Source of the DNA: a virus | Lineage: Duplodnaviria > Caudoviricetes | Virus record (IMG/VR): IMGVR_UViG_2814123268_000002 | Coordinates: 12,973 to 76,972 of that record | Length of the DNA stretch: 64,000 nucleotides | Reading direction: 5' to 3' (one strand) | In this document: positions 18,051 through 28,928 of the stretch, one piece after another | How the letters are laid out: every line of letters starts with the position of its first letter | Position numbering within the stretch: the first letter of the stretch is position 1 | Notes under the pieces: model-generated | The model's database searches: none | What the model was told of the DNA's origin: nothing | What the model saw: the letters and a program-made list of their open reading frames with translations, nothing else | Position numbers and translations under genes: made by a program

Positions 18051-19945
18051 GCACTGTGATCACCCAACACTACCAGCAGTGGTGTGCCAGCCAGATGTCA
18101 CATGACCTGCCTGCCCGCCCGGATACCGTCATTTTTGCCTATATCCCCGGGCAAGACGAAAATGCAGAGATAGACCACACCGAGCCGTTGCCAGCGGATA
18201 CGTTCATCCGCCACCGTATGCCCGTAATGCAATACGGACTGCTCAACCCGAACGTCGTGGCATTCTCCGTTATCCTGGACACCACCGTAGGCAATTTTGA
18301 CTATAACTGGATAGGTCTGCTGCACGCAGAGAGCAACACCCTGTGCATGATCTCCCACGTTCCCCGTCAGCAAAAAATCAAAGCCGCAGACGGTATACAG
18401 GGCAATAACCTGACGCGCACTTTCGCCATGGAGTTCGACGGTGCCGCCGCCGCCATGCAGGTGACCGTTACCGCAGAGGTTTGGCAGATAGATTTCACCG
18501 CCCGCCTGGCTGGCATGGATGAGATCCGCCGCCTGATAGCCCGTGACCATTACGGACCCGCGGCCTTTCTGGACGATGGCTGGCGCGTCACGCCGCAAGA
18601 GGGGGCAGCGCACATCGCGCCAGGCATCGGCTACGTTCAGGGGCTGCGTGTGGTGCTACCCTCGGCCACCACATTGCCCGTGCAACCCGGACAGACAATC
18701 TGGCTTGATGCCAGCTGGCAAGGCACCGCGACCGGTGCCTGGCAGACCGCTATCCAACTGTTCGCCGATAACAGGCAGGCCATTGATGACTACACCGACG
18801 CGGCGGGGTTTTGTCACTACCTGGCCCCACTGGCCACCGTTGCGACGGATGGTGCCACTGACCTGCGCCCTGCTACGCCGGGCGATCGGCAGCAAGATGC
18901 ACTCAGAGCCCATGAGGCATCACGCAACCACCCTACTGCCACCTTAGATGAAGTAGGTTTCGTACGCCTTAACGACAGCACCGACAGCGACAGCACCACC
19001 CAGGCAGCGACGCCCAATGCGGTAAAGCGTACTTATGAGGAGGCCACCCGCGCCGCCAGCACCAGCCAGGCCGGACAGGTCCTGCTTGAAGACAGTATCA
19101 GCAGCTACAGCACCACAAATGCAGCGACGGCCAATGCAGTAAGGTACGCCTATGAGAATGCAGTGCGTCCCGCGACTACCAGCCAGGCCGGACAGGTCCT
19201 GCTTGAAGACAGCGTCAGCAGCACCAGCACCACAAATGCGCCGACGGCCAATGCAGTAAGGTACGCCTATGAGAATGCAGTGCGTCCCGCGACTACCAGC
19301 CAGGCCGGACAGGTCCTGCTTGAAGACAGCGTCAGCAGCACCAGCACCACAAATGCGCCGACGTCCTCTGCGTTAAAACGCACCTATGACAGGGCGAACA
19401 GTGCCTATGACAGGGCGAACAGTGCCTATGACAGGGCGAGCAGTGCCTATAGTTACGCCGGCTCAATCTACGATAAGGCCTATGATGCATATGACATTGC
19501 CCGTCGGGCACCCCCAGTAGGCACACCTCAACCCTGGCCCAACACCTCCATTCCATCGGGGTGGATCAAATGTGCGGGGCAATCGTTCTCAACCTCAAGC
19601 TATCCCGAGCTGGCAAAAGCCTATCCCAATGGCCGATTGCCTGATTTACGCGGCGAGTTTATCCGTGGGTATGATGATTACGGTGGTACTGACAGCCAGC
19701 GACAGATATTAAGCTGGCAGGGTGATGCAATGCGAAATATCACGGGGACTTTTGGTGTTGATGATCAGACGATAGAACAAGTAACAGGTGTCTTTAGGGA
19801 ATATGGGAGGTTCAGCTACGACGCTCGTTCTGAAAGAAACGGCGCGGGACGTATTATTTACTTTGATGCATCCCAGGTAGTGCCGACGGCAAATGAAAAC
19901 CGACCACGTAATATCGCATTTCTGTACATCGTGAGGGCACAATAA
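18047..19945 (+). CDS. Tail fibre protein with 39-aa repeats and tail-collar domain
   Basis: GNFDYNWIGL N-terminus; repeats ATTSQAGQVLLEDSVSS; PSGWIKCAGQ, LPDLRGEFIRG, ENRPRNIAF. Confidence 0.92.
   Translation: MSTVITQHYQQWCASQMSHDLPARPDTVIFAYIPGQDENAEIDHTEPLPADTFIRHRMPVMQYGLLNPNVVAFSVILDTTVGNFDYNWIGLLHAESNTLCMISHVPRQQKIKAADGIQGNNLTRTFAMEFDGAAAAMQVTVTAEVWQIDFTARLAGMDEIRRLIARDHYGPAAFLDDGWRVTPQEGAAHIAPGIGYVQGLRVVLPSATTLPVQPGQTIWLDASWQGTATGAWQTAIQLFADNRQAIDDYTDAAGFCHYLAPLATVATDGATDLRPATPGDRQQDALRAHEASRNHPTATLDEVGFVRLNDSTDSDSTTQAATPNAVKRTYEEATRAASTSQAGQVLLEDSISSYSTTNAATANAVRYAYENAVRPATTSQAGQVLLEDSVSSTSTTNAPTANAVRYAYENAVRPATTSQAGQVLLEDSVSSTSTTNAPTSSALKRTYDRANSAYDRANSAYDRASSAYSYAGSIYDKAYDAYDIARRAPPVGTPQPWPNTSIPSGWIKCAGQSFSTSSYPELAKAYPNGRLPDLRGEFIRGYDDYGGTDSQRQILSWQGDAMRNITGTFGVDDQTIEQVTGVFREYGRFSYDARSERNGAGRIIYFDASQVVPTANENRPRNIAFLYIVRAQ
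19040..19385 (+). repeat. Tandem 117-bp (39-aa) tail-fibre repeats
   Basis: GCTTGAAGACAGCGTCAGCAGC recurs at 19201 and 19318; a more diverged copy lies upstream. Confidence 0.9.
19383..19450 (+). repeat. 3x 21-bp tandem repeat encoding YDRANSA heptads
   Basis: CCTATGACAGGGCGAACAGTG at 19383, 19404, 19425 (third copy has one mismatch). Confidence 0.95.
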
Positions 19946-20565
19946 TGAAATATCCCTTAACTCCTGAAGTTGCCGAACTTGGCAAAAACCGACTGGCTAA
20001 AAAAGCAGGCTGGCTGACGGTATATCATACGGATGAAGCAACCGGCGAATATACAGGTGCCAGTTATGAATTTATTCTGGAGGATACCGGCCTGCCGGCC
20101 AACGCATATACCGATGCACCGACAGAGCCTGCCGCCGGTTACGCCATTGTCCGCAGCCCGGATCGCAAAACGTGGCAGCATGTGCCGGATCACCGGGGAG
20201 AAACCGTGTTTGATACCCGTACAGGGAAACCAGTGACGGTAAGTATGCCGGGGAATTATCCGCAATACACCACGCCGTTACAACCTGACACACCCTATGA
20301 TGTGTGGAACGGAGAGAAATGGGTGACAGATACCCGGCAGCAGCAACAGCACATCACCGCCAACCATTTGCGGAAAAAAAATGCGCTGCTGGAAACGGCC
20401 ACCCAGCGCATTGAGATCCTGATGGATAAAATCAGTCTGACTGCCACTGATACACCCACCCAGACCATTCAGGAGCGCTTACTGGCATGGCGGAAATACC
20501 GTGCGCAGGTGGATGACATCTCTGCGGACACACCCCATATTGACTGGCCCGCTATGCCGGAGTAA
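19945..20565 (+). CDS. Tail fibre assembly protein (Tfa)
   Basis: TGLPANAYTDAP, WQHVPDHRGE, WNGEKWVTD, LAWRKYR, IDWPAMPE. Confidence 0.9.
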   Translation: MKYPLTPEVAELGKNRLAKKAGWLTVYHTDEATGEYTGASYEFILEDTGLPANAYTDAPTEPAAGYAIVRSPDRKTWQHVPDHRGETVFDTRTGKPVTVSMPGNYPQYTTPLQPDTPYDVWNGEKWVTDTRQQQQHITANHLRKKNALLETATQRIEILMDKISLTATDTPTQTIQERLLAWRKYRAQVDDISADTPHIDWPAMPE

Positions 20566-20570
20566 TCACC

Positions 20571-21293
20571 ATGCCCTGGCAACGCGTCCATCTCACCCTG
20601 CCGGATGAATTACCGCCAATAACCTGTTCTGTCCTGGCTGTCCATCCGTGGACCCATGGTGCCGGGCTGCGCACAGACTCCGGCTGTTACTTAAGCCCGG
20701 AAAATGCGATTGCTTTTCTGGCTGACCGAATCGGAGCCATTTCAGATACACAGGATTTTTTGCTGTTTCTGGTATGTGCCGGGGCTGCGGATGACTTTGC
20801 CCGCCGTCTGACCGAACTCGCCGGGGTTCTCCCCCTGCCGGAAATCGCGCGACTGCGCCGTCTGGTTGATGCCGGGCAGATCCTTGCAGAAAGCCGCATG
20901 CAAATTCCGGCCCGTCCACGCCCCGGAATTCCCGCACCGACCCGCCTGTCCCTTTCCAATCTCCGTCAACTCCATGCCGCCGGACAGGCAACTACGGCCA
21001 TGATGCCCATGGCAGGCAGTCTGACTGAACTGTCACAGGTACTGCAGCGGTTTCACCGCCAGCGCAACGAACACCTGAATACCCTGCGTGAGCACACGCA
21101 ACGTCTGCAACAGACCAGTTGCGAACTGTGGCAATTCAGCCCGGCGCAGAATACCCGGGATGTCCGCCAGCCTCTGCAATGGAATATTCCACAGCCTGAG
21201 GCAAGTTTCTCGCTGGGTCTGTTGTTTGTCGGCGATGACCTGTCAACACTGCGAGCCTGTATATATGAACCAGATAATCGTCCTCGCCCTTGA
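20571..21293 (+). CDS. Conserved HP1-like tail-region hypothetical protein
   Basis: AVHPWTHG, YLSPENAI; position after Tfa. Confidence 0.6.
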   Translation: MPWQRVHLTLPDELPPITCSVLAVHPWTHGAGLRTDSGCYLSPENAIAFLADRIGAISDTQDFLLFLVCAGAADDFARRLTELAGVLPLPEIARLRRLVDAGQILAESRMQIPARPRPGIPAPTRLSLSNLRQLHAAGQATTAMMPMAGSLTELSQVLQRFHRQRNEHLNTLREHTQRLQQTSCELWQFSPAQNTRDVRQPLQWNIPQPEASFSLGLLFVGDDLSTLRACIYEPDNRPRP

Positions 21294-21849
21294 TGGCGAA
21301 TCTATCCTGCTGCAGAACATCAATATCAGCATCACCCTGCGCCTGCCGGATAAAGACATGTCCGGACAGGCCAGCAGCACAGCCAGCGCCGAACAGGGTG
21401 ACAAGGCCAAGGAGCTGCGCGTGTCCGGCATCATCAGCTTTGCCGATGAGCGACATCTGACGCGCATTTTTCAGCTGGCCGAAGCCCGCGATGCCAATGG
21501 TGCAAAACAATGCTATCGCATCGCCAACGCTACCGCCGCCGCCGTCAACATGCGCCAGGGGGTGTTTTCAGGCGCTATCGATGCCACCGAGCAACGCGAT
21601 ACCATGGCATGGCAGATAACGTTCACCCTGCGTGAAAAAATGAGCGTGCCGGAAAAAGTCGCCGCCCGCAGTAACATCACCACCGGTGCGGGCGGTAACG
21701 TCACGGTAAAGCAGCAGACACAGGACGGCACCGAACCAGCCACCAATGAAAATCAGCAAAGCGCGCTCTGGGCAAATATCAACAGAATTGCAGGCGATAC
21801 CCTGGATTGGGCAGGCATTGGCGCAGTGAAAGACGGGGGCCGCAAATGA
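21265..21849 (+). CDS. Baseplate complex protein (HP1-like)
   Basis: DKDMSGQASST, AEQGDKAKELRVSG, WQITFTLRE. Confidence 0.65.
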   Translation: MNQIIVLALDGESILLQNINISITLRLPDKDMSGQASSTASAEQGDKAKELRVSGIISFADERHLTRIFQLAEARDANGAKQCYRIANATAAAVNMRQGVFSGAIDATEQRDTMAWQITFTLREKMSVPEKVAARSNITTGAGGNVTVKQQTQDGTEPATNENQQSALWANINRIAGDTLDWAGIGAVKDGGRK

Positions 21850-23594
21850 AACCGATTCAACTCTGCACCGTTGCCGGCAAAGCCTATCAGCCAGCAAGCA
21901 TGGAGCTTGTCCTGGTGCTAAACGGTGTCGGCAGGGGCTTTATCACGATCACCCCGGAAGAGGCCACCACTGGCCTGGCTGGCGCCATGGTGCAAATCGA
22001 CCTGGGTGAGGGAACCGAGGCATGGCGCTATTTTACCGGCTACGTCGAACGTGATCAGCCGGCAGAGAACGGCGCCCGCCGGCTGTTTGTGCGTGAGGCT
22101 GCAGGCCTGCTGGACTTTGAGTTACCCTGCTCCCATCAGCACCCGACGCTAAAAACCGTCCTGGACACCCTCAGCCAGCAGAGCGGTCTGACTATCTACG
22201 CGCCGACGGATGAGAGCTACAGCACCACCAGGATCCCACACCTGACCCATGCAGGCAGCGGCACGCAGCTGCTCACCCAACTGGGGCGCTGTTTTGCGAT
22301 CCCGGATTACGTCTGGCACCCCATGCCTGACGGCAGCGTCTACGTCGGCAGCGCCAAACAGTCGCGCTTTGCCAGCCTCGCGCTGCCCGAACTGCCGCCG
22401 CAGTACCTCATCAGCCAGAGCGCTGGCAACAGCGCCACGCTGATGCCGATCCCCACGCTACGCCCCGGCGTTAATCTGCCGAACGGGCGCATCACCGATG
22501 TCGCCGTCAAAGACAGCGCCATGACACTGACCTGGGCGCGCCTGGATGCCAGCGGCAAACCGCTATCGAAAAGCCCAACGCGCCGGTTGATCGAGGGAGA
22601 GTTTCCCGAGTTGGCCAGCGGCGCGCTGCGCACCCGGCTGGCCCGCGTCGTATCCCCAACAGAAAGCGCCAGCCTGGGCGACGTGGCTGATCCGTTCCGG
22701 CCAAAATACGCCGTTGATCTGCAGCTACTCGACGAACAGGGTAATGACCTGCCGGATACCCCGGTTTATGCTGCGGTTCCCCTCCCCGTTCCCATGGCAG
22801 GACCGGAGGCCGGACTGCTGGCCTACCCGCCCGAGGGAACGCTGGTTGAGGTCGCATTTGTCGAAGGCCGCCCAGACAAACCCATGGTGCGCCAGCTCAT
22901 CCCACAGGGACATAGCCTGCCCGACATCAAGCCAGGCGAGCAGCTGCAGCAGCAGCGCGCGGAGGTATTCCAGCGCGTCGGGCAGGATGGCAGCTGGCAC
23001 CGAGAAACCGATCAGGTTATCCGTGAGGCCTCGGCGCAGCGCGACATCACCAGCGACAGCGAGAGCAGAACGACAACCACGCGCGAAACCCTGGTGCAGG
23101 CCAACGACACAACCACCGTACTCGGTACCGCCAGACTACTGGCAGGCCATGTCATCCAGATAGCGGACGGCGACTACAGCATCGCCGCCGGCAACCAGCT
23201 GCTGGTGAAAGCCAGGGCGCTACTGGCGGAGCTGGAGCGCGCCGAGCTGACCATCAACGGCCCACTCACGGAAACCGTCACCGGCAATGTCGAACGCACC
23301 ACCGGCGGCAACCACACCGAGACCACTACCGGCCAGCACAGCATCGAGGCAGCCCAGATGGACATCACGACCGGTCGTGTGTTTATGGGCAGAGGTAGCT
23401 CGCATCAGAGCACCGATCGCCTGAACCTGCTAACGCTGCTGCTTGATATCCTCGACCTGGTCAATCAGCTGGCGCAGCACACCGCTGCACACACCCACAG
23501 CAACACCGGCAGCCCCACCAACAGCGGCAGCCTGTCCGGCGACGCCACCCAGGCCACCAACCTGAAAGCCAGATACCGCGATCTCATCGCCTGA
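21846..23594 (+). CDS. Baseplate hub/spike-like tail protein (last late gene of HP1-like phages)
   Basis: DPFRPKYAVDLQLLD, GTLVEVAFVEGRPDKP, C-terminal HTH(S) spike motif. Confidence 0.65.
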   Translation: MKPIQLCTVAGKAYQPASMELVLVLNGVGRGFITITPEEATTGLAGAMVQIDLGEGTEAWRYFTGYVERDQPAENGARRLFVREAAGLLDFELPCSHQHPTLKTVLDTLSQQSGLTIYAPTDESYSTTRIPHLTHAGSGTQLLTQLGRCFAIPDYVWHPMPDGSVYVGSAKQSRFASLALPELPPQYLISQSAGNSATLMPIPTLRPGVNLPNGRITDVAVKDSAMTLTWARLDASGKPLSKSPTRRLIEGEFPELASGALRTRLARVVSPTESASLGDVADPFRPKYAVDLQLLDEQGNDLPDTPVYAAVPLPVPMAGPEAGLLAYPPEGTLVEVAFVEGRPDKPMVRQLIPQGHSLPDIKPGEQLQQQRAEVFQRVGQDGSWHRETDQVIREASAQRDITSDSESRTTTTRETLVQANDTTTVLGTARLLAGHVIQIADGDYSIAAGNQLLVKARALLAELERAELTINGPLTETVTGNVERTTGGNHTETTTGQHSIEAAQMDITTGRVFMGRGSSHQSTDRLNLLTLLLDILDLVNQLAQHTAAHTHSNTGSPTNSGSLSGDATQATNLKARYRDLIA

Positions 23595-24382
23595 TCTGCG
23601 GCCACCCGGCCGCATCCCCCACCAATACCCCATGTAAAACGCACAAGAGCCACCCTGCGAGCCCGCACAACTAAGCTATCGCACACCCCGATGAAACACA
23701 TGGCGCGCCGCACAGGCTGCAGATGACGTAATCCGCGCCACGGAATCCTTACGCCACGTAAACCGCACTACTCCCCCCTGCCCGCGGGTTGTGCGTTGAG
23801 AATTTTTTTCAGTTTTATTTTTCGCAAAAACACCCGCTAGCCCGCGCCGGTACTGGGGGCTGGGAAAGATCCAAAATCGCACGCTTTTCAGTTTTTTGCA
23901 GTTTTAAACGATCGCGTGCAGTGCGCAGACAAGGAAAAAAAACAAAAAACAGTTGATATAAAAGGGGTTTATATACTTTACGTGAGCATCAAAAACGATC
24001 GCGTTAGGATCAGGCGGCAAGAGACTAAAAAGCACAAAGCCTTGCAGGGCGCGGCCTGAGCAGTTTTTGGGGTGCTTAGAAAATTGCAAAAATGATCACA
24101 GGACGATCGCGCAGAACGACCGTGAGGGCAAAGCGGCATCAGGTGCGAAACTCACGTGAAATCGGCCGTGGACTACGCGGCAGCAGGATGAGCAGCGGTG
24201 ATTATTTGCGCAGAATAGCGAAAGGCGATAGATTAGCCGCGGGTGCCTTGGACTTGTCTGTCCGGGCAACCGGCAGGCAAAGAAAAAGCCCCACCTGACG
24301 ATAAATCAAAGTGGAGCCTCTCTTATGCATGACAACATGATAGTAGCCCACTTACTCGCCAAATGGCAAGGAGAAGTCGGCT

Positions 24383-24535
24383 ATGGAGCCACACAAACCA
24401 GCGCTCATCGCGCTAATCGTTATCAGCATCACCCTATTAGGTGTACTGCTGCTGACAAAACAAAATCTCTGCGACGTTAGCTTCCGAAGCGGCAAAGTGG
24501 AGATAGTGGCTCACATGGCCTACGAATCCGAGTAA
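24383..24535 (+). CDS. Hok/Gef-family type I toxin (50 aa, below the ORF-track cutoff)
   Basis: MEPHKPALIALIVISITLLGVLLLTKQNLCDVSFRSGKVEIVAHMAYESE; AGGAG RBS; overlapping mok-like ORF 24325-24480. Confidence 0.9.
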   Translation: MEPHKPALIALIVISITLLGVLLLTKQNLCDVSFRSGKVEIVAHMAYESE

Positions 24536-24613
24536 GTGAGCGACAGGGGCGGTTCGCCGCCCCGATCGCATTGTCGAACGCATGGCCCCAAGGCACCCAA
24601 ACCTCAGTAATAC

Positions 24614-24646
24614 AAAAAGCCCGCAGGGAAACCCGCGGGCTTTTCT
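24614..24646. terminator. Bidirectional intrinsic terminator-like hairpin
   Basis: AAAAGCCCGCAGGG-AAA-CCCGCGGGCTTTT. Confidence 0.6.
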
Positions 24647-24735
24647 GTTTATACGTAGCATGGCACGTCGCCACCCTCTCGCGATGGGAGAAATCGCGGG
24701 TAAAAAACATGGAGAAAGCGGGGCGCTATTTTCTC

Positions 24736-24767
24736 TGCTGCCACTCTGCTGCCATTTTGCTGCCACT
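24736..24767. repeat. Integrase arm-type sites, 3x TGCTGCCA(C/T)T with 11-bp period
   Basis: Copies at 24736, 24747, 24758, about 85 bp from the tRNA-Leu 3' end. Confidence 0.7.
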
Positions 24768-24850
24768 GGACAAATTTAAGACACAAAAAAACCACCTTGC
24801 GGTGGCTTAATAACAAAACATATCTTTTTGATTTTTATACCATTTTGTCA

Positions 24851-24937
24851 TGGTGCCCGGAGCGGGACTTGAACCCGCACAGCGCGAACGCCGAGGGATT
24901 TTAAATCCCTTGTGTCTACCGATTCCACCATCCGGGC
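24851..24937 (-). tRNA. leuZ: tRNA-Leu(TAA); prophage 1 integration target
   Basis: GCCCGGATGGTGGAATCGGTAGACAC...TTAAAA...GGGCACCA; long variable arm; glyW-cysT-leuZ order. Confidence 0.95.
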
Positions 24938-24951
24938 GGCGACAAATAAAT

Positions 24952-25025
24952 TGGAGGCGCGTTCCGGAGTCGAACCGGACTAGACGGATTTGCAATCCGC
25001 TACATAACCGCTTTGTTAACGCGCC
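24952..25025 (-). tRNA. cysT: tRNA-Cys(GCA)
   Basis: GGCGCGTTAACAAAGCGG...TTGCAAAT...GCCTCCA. Confidence 0.95.
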
Positions 25026-25064
25026 TAAATGATTGTTCCCGCCGTAGGGCGAGAGCTTAAAATT

Positions 25065-25140
<76 letters not shown>

Positions 25141-25277
25141 ATAATCAACTTATTTATCTGTATCTTCTGGCTTTTCATTATTGCCGTCTGATGCGATGCA
25201 TTCTACTTATCTGACCGGCGGCGTCAACTCTCTTTTTTGCATCGGCCACCCGTTTGCCGTTTTTTAACGCAGCATCA

Positions 25278-25826
25278 TCAGGAGTCCAGCAGATCGCTGC
25301 GGGCGGCGCTCAGGTATTGGAACATGGACCAGAAAGTCAGCACCGCGGCAATATACAGCGCAACGATCCCGGCAACGGTGATATAGATATCCGGACGCCA
25401 CAGCAGGCCGACCAACGCCATCATCTGCGCGGTAGTTTTTACCTTGCCGATCCAAGAGACGGCGACGCTGCTACGCTTGCCGATCTCCGCCATCCACTCT
25501 CGCAGGGCAGAGATGATAATTTCGCGGGCGATCATGGTGGCAGCCGGCAGGGTAACCCACCAGACGTGGTAATACTCCGTGACCAACACCAGCGCCGTCG
25601 CCACCATCACTTTATCGGCCACCGGATCAAGGAAGGCACCAAAGCGGGTGGTCTGCTTCAGGCGGCGGGCGAGATAGCCGTCAAACCAGTCGGTCACCGC
25701 CGCCACCACAAAGATCAGCGCGCAGACGAAGGGGGCCCAGGCAAACGGAAGATAGAACGCCAGAACAAAAAACGGAATCAATATAACGCGAAACAGCGTT
25801 AATAACGTGGGGATATTTAATCGCAT
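25278..25826 (-). CDS. pgsA: CDP-diacylglycerol--glycerol-3-phosphate 3-phosphatidyltransferase
   Basis: [30 protein letters not shown]; uvrC-pgsA-tRNA synteny. Confidence 0.97.
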   Translation of the reverse strand: MRLNIPTLLTLFRVILIPFFVLAFYLPFAWAPFVCALIFVVAAVTDWFDGYLARRLKQTTRFGAFLDPVADKVMVATALVLVTEYYHVWWVTLPAATMIAREIIISALREWMAEIGKRSSVAVSWIGKVKTTAQMMALVGLLWRPDIYITVAGIVALYIAAVLTFWSMFQYLSAARSDLLDS

Positions 25827-25881
25827 AGTACTGTGACGATCTTCCTTTCGTGGATACTGCGTTTATGTTGCTACAACGCCC

Positions 25882-27714
25882 TCATTGTTTCAATGCATAG
25901 TGGATCTTTTCCGCCAATGCGGCTGAAATACCGGGCACTTTTGCAATCTCATCAATACTGGCATCGCGCAGCGGTTGCATTCCGCCCATATATTTGAGCA
26001 GCAACTGGCGCCGCTTGGGCCCAATGCCTTCAATAGACTCAAGCGCGCTGGTGCTGCGTACCTTAGCCCTTCTCTTCCGATGGCCGGCGATCGCATGGTT
26101 GTGCGACTCATCGCGGATATGCTGGATCAAATGTAGCGCCGGTGAGTCTGGCGGCAGGGAGAATCCCTCCCCCTGCGCCTCAAAGAACAGCGTCTCCAAC
26201 CCCGCCTTGCGATCGCTCCCTTTGGCAATTCCCAGCAGCAGCGGGCGATGTGTATCCCAAGGCACCTCCAGTTCAGCAAACACCTGCTTAGCCTGCCCCA
26301 GCTGCCCCTTGCCGCCGTCGATAAAAATAATGTCGGGGATCTTCTCTTCGTTCAGTGCCTTGTCATAGCGACGACGCAGCACCTGGTCCATGGCGGCATA
26401 GTCATCTCCCGGGGTGATACCCTTGATATTATAGCGCCGGTATTCACTGCGCAGCGGTCCATTGCGATCGAATACCACGCAGGAGGCCACTGTCTCCTCC
26501 CCCATGGTATGACTGATATCAAAACACTCCATGCGTTGAATATCCGCCCGTTGCAGCACCTGCTCCAGCTGCACCAGACGCTGCAGAATGGTCGACTGCT
26601 GGGAGAGCTTGCTGTTCAGGGCCGTTACTGCGTTGGTACGCGCCAGCTTAAGGTAACGGGCACGATCGCCGCGCGGCTGTGACTGAATAGGGATCCTCCG
26701 CCCGGCCAGTTCGCTGATAGAGTCCGCCAGCAGCTTGCGATCCGGCAGGAGAAAGTCGATCAGGATCTCCCCCGGCAGCGTACGTATCTGGCTGCCCTGC
26801 AGGTAAAACTGGCCGACAAAGGTCTGCAGTACCTCAGCCAGCGTCGTACCGGCGGGAACCCGTGGAAAGTAGCTACGGCTGCCCAGCACCTGCCCATGAC
26901 GAATAAACAGCACATGGATACAGGCCATCCCCGCCTCAAAGGCGACGCCGATCACGTCGATATCCTCGTGATCGCCGGAGATAAACTGGCGCTCGGTCAC
27001 CCTCCGCACCGCCTGGATCTGATCGCGCAGCCGCGCGGCCTCCTCAAAGCGCAGCGCCCGGCTGGCCTCCTCCATTCTGGCCACCAGCGCGTCGATCACC
27101 TGGCTGTCCTTCCCGGAGAGGAACAGCCGCACATACTCCACCTGACGGGCATACTCCCCATCGTTGACCAGCCCGGTGACGCAGGGCCCCAGACAGCGCT
27201 GGATCTGGTATTGCAGGCAGGGACGTGAACGATTGCGGTAGACGCTGTCTTCACACTGGCGAATGGGGAATAGCTTCTGCAGCAGGGCCAGCGTCTCACG
27301 CACCGCGTTCGCGTTGGGAAAGGGGCCAAAATAGTCACCACGGGCGCGCCTAGCGCCGCGGTGTACCGCCAAACGCGGGTGGCGATCGGCGCTGAGAAAG
27401 ATCAGAGGGTAGGATTTGTCGTCACGCAGCAGCACGTTATAGCGGGGTTGGTAACGCTTGATGTAATTGTGCTCCAGCAGCAGCGCCTCTGTTTCCGTGT
27501 GGGTCACGGTCACGTCGATCTGGGCTATCTGACGTACAAGAGCTTCGGTTTTGCGACTGGCAAGCTGGCAGCGGAAGTAGCTGGAGAGGCGTTTTTTGAG
27601 ATCTTTCGCCTTGCCGACATAAATAACCTCTGCCCCGGCATCGTACATCCGGTATACACCCGGTTGGTTGGTCACCGTCTTTAGAAAGGCGACCGCATCA
27701 AAGCGCTCACTCAC
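25882..27714 (-). CDS. uvrC: Excinuclease ABC subunit C
   Basis: [37 protein letters not shown], HhH C-terminus. Confidence 0.98.
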   Translation of the reverse strand: MSERFDAVAFLKTVTNQPGVYRMYDAGAEVIYVGKAKDLKKRLSSYFRCQLASRKTEALVRQIAQIDVTVTHTETEALLLEHNYIKRYQPRYNVLLRDDKSYPLIFLSADRHPRLAVHRGARRARGDYFGPFPNANAVRETLALLQKLFPIRQCEDSVYRNRSRPCLQYQIQRCLGPCVTGLVNDGEYARQVEYVRLFLSGKDSQVIDALVARMEEASRALRFEEAARLRDQIQAVRRVTERQFISGDHEDIDVIGVAFEAGMACIHVLFIRHGQVLGSRSYFPRVPAGTTLAEVLQTFVGQFYLQGSQIRTLPGEILIDFLLPDRKLLADSISELAGRRIPIQSQPRGDRARYLKLARTNAVTALNSKLSQQSTILQRLVQLEQVLQRADIQRMECFDISHTMGEETVASCVVFDRNGPLRSEYRRYNIKGITPGDDYAAMDQVLRRRYDKALNEEKIPDIIFIDGGKGQLGQAKQVFAELEVPWDTHRPLLLGIAKGSDRKAGLETLFFEAQGEGFSLPPDSPALHLIQHIRDESHNHAIAGHRKRRAKVRSTSALESIEGIGPKRRQLLLKYMGGMQPLRDASIDEIAKVPGISAALAEKIHYALKQ

Positions 27715-28363
27715 TGCTCAAGATTTTCTCTGCGTTGCACAGCCCGTGACGGATAGCCAGGTGGGTTAACTCGACATCCCCGCTGATGTTCAGCTTGCTG
27801 AACATGCGGTAACGATAGCTGTTTACTGTTTTTGGACTCAGATTCAGCTGCTCAGAAATCTCTGTCACCTTGCTGCCTTTAGTGATCATCAGCATAATTT
27901 GCAACTCGCGCTCGGACAGAGATCCAAACGGGGAATCTCCCTGCGGCGTCAGCTGGCTCAGCGCCATCTGCTGAGCAATATCAGAAGCGATATAGCGCTG
28001 ACCGGCGTATACCGCCCGGATCGCGCTGATCATCTCCTGTGGCGCAGCCCCTTTGCTCAGATAGCCGAACGCACCGGCCTGCATCACCTTCGCCGGCAGC
28101 GGATTTTCCGTATGAATGGTCAGCATGATGACTTTTATATCCGATTTTACCCGCAGGATCTTACGTGTAGCCTCCAGCCCGCCGATGCCCGGCATGTTCA
28201 TGTCCATCAATATGATATCTGCACAGTTATTACGGCACCACTTCACTGCATCTTCGCCGCACTGCGCCTCGCCTACCACTTTAATCCCTTTGATATCTTC
28301 AAGAATGCGTCGGATCCCTGCGCGCACCAGTTCGTGGTCATCAACAAGAAGAACGCTGATCAA
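27707..28363 (-). CDS. uvrY: UvrY/SirA/GacA response regulator
   Basis: [20 protein letters not shown], Lux[16 protein letters not shown]. Confidence 0.97.
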   Translation of the reverse strand: MISVLLVDDHELVRAGIRRILEDIKGIKVVGEAQCGEDAVKWCRNNCADIILMDMNMPGIGGLEATRKILRVKSDIKVIMLTIHTENPLPAKVMQAGAFGYLSKGAAPQEMISAIRAVYAGQRYIASDIAQQMALSQLTPQGDSPFGSLSERELQIMLMITKGSKVTEISEQLNLSPKTVNSYRYRMFSKLNISGDVELTHLAIRHGLCNAEKILSSE

Positions 28364-28928
28364 AGATGAATCTCCCAGCTAGAGGAAACAACAGCATACT
28401 TTTATACTAAACAGACTAAGTCTACTGTTTTTCGCCAAAAGAATGAATAGTGTAAATGTTATTTAATGCGGAAATCTTGATAAGGCGATTGACCATACTG
28501 ATATCCTAGCGCACCGCCGTTGGATAACAACATTTTTTAAAACCAATGAGTTACATAAAAATCGTTTAAAAACACTCCATTAAATCATAAACAGCCGCAC
28601 AGAAAAACGTGGTTTTGATGCAGCCATATAATACGCTGAATATAATCAGCGTATTGAGAAAATATACGACAAAAATGACTTAATGCTGCCATAGATAAAT
28701 TGCGCGCCTGTCATCATGGTGTATACAAAAACGACACTTTTCTGTGTATATAAAGTAAAAAAATAAACAACGCTATAATTGAATCAATACCAGTAACGTT
28801 ACCGCGCAATAAACCAGGTTTTGTGATATACTCCGCTACCGATTTTGCTCTGCGTAATCGTTATTGCCCCCCAATGAACAGCCGTGTGCCACAGGCGAGC
28901 GGTATATTATCTGAACAAAAGGTAACTT

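Larger units (their letters stand above)
1..24850. mobile_element. Prophage 1, HP1/K139-like (P2-related) myovirus, right portion; att at the tRNA-Leu 3' end
   Basis: Gene order rep-cargo-ogr-portal-terminase / scaffold-capsid-gpM-gpL-sheath-tube-holin-lysin-TMP-baseplate-fibre; ends in arm-type repeats next to tRNA-Leu. Confidence 0.9.
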
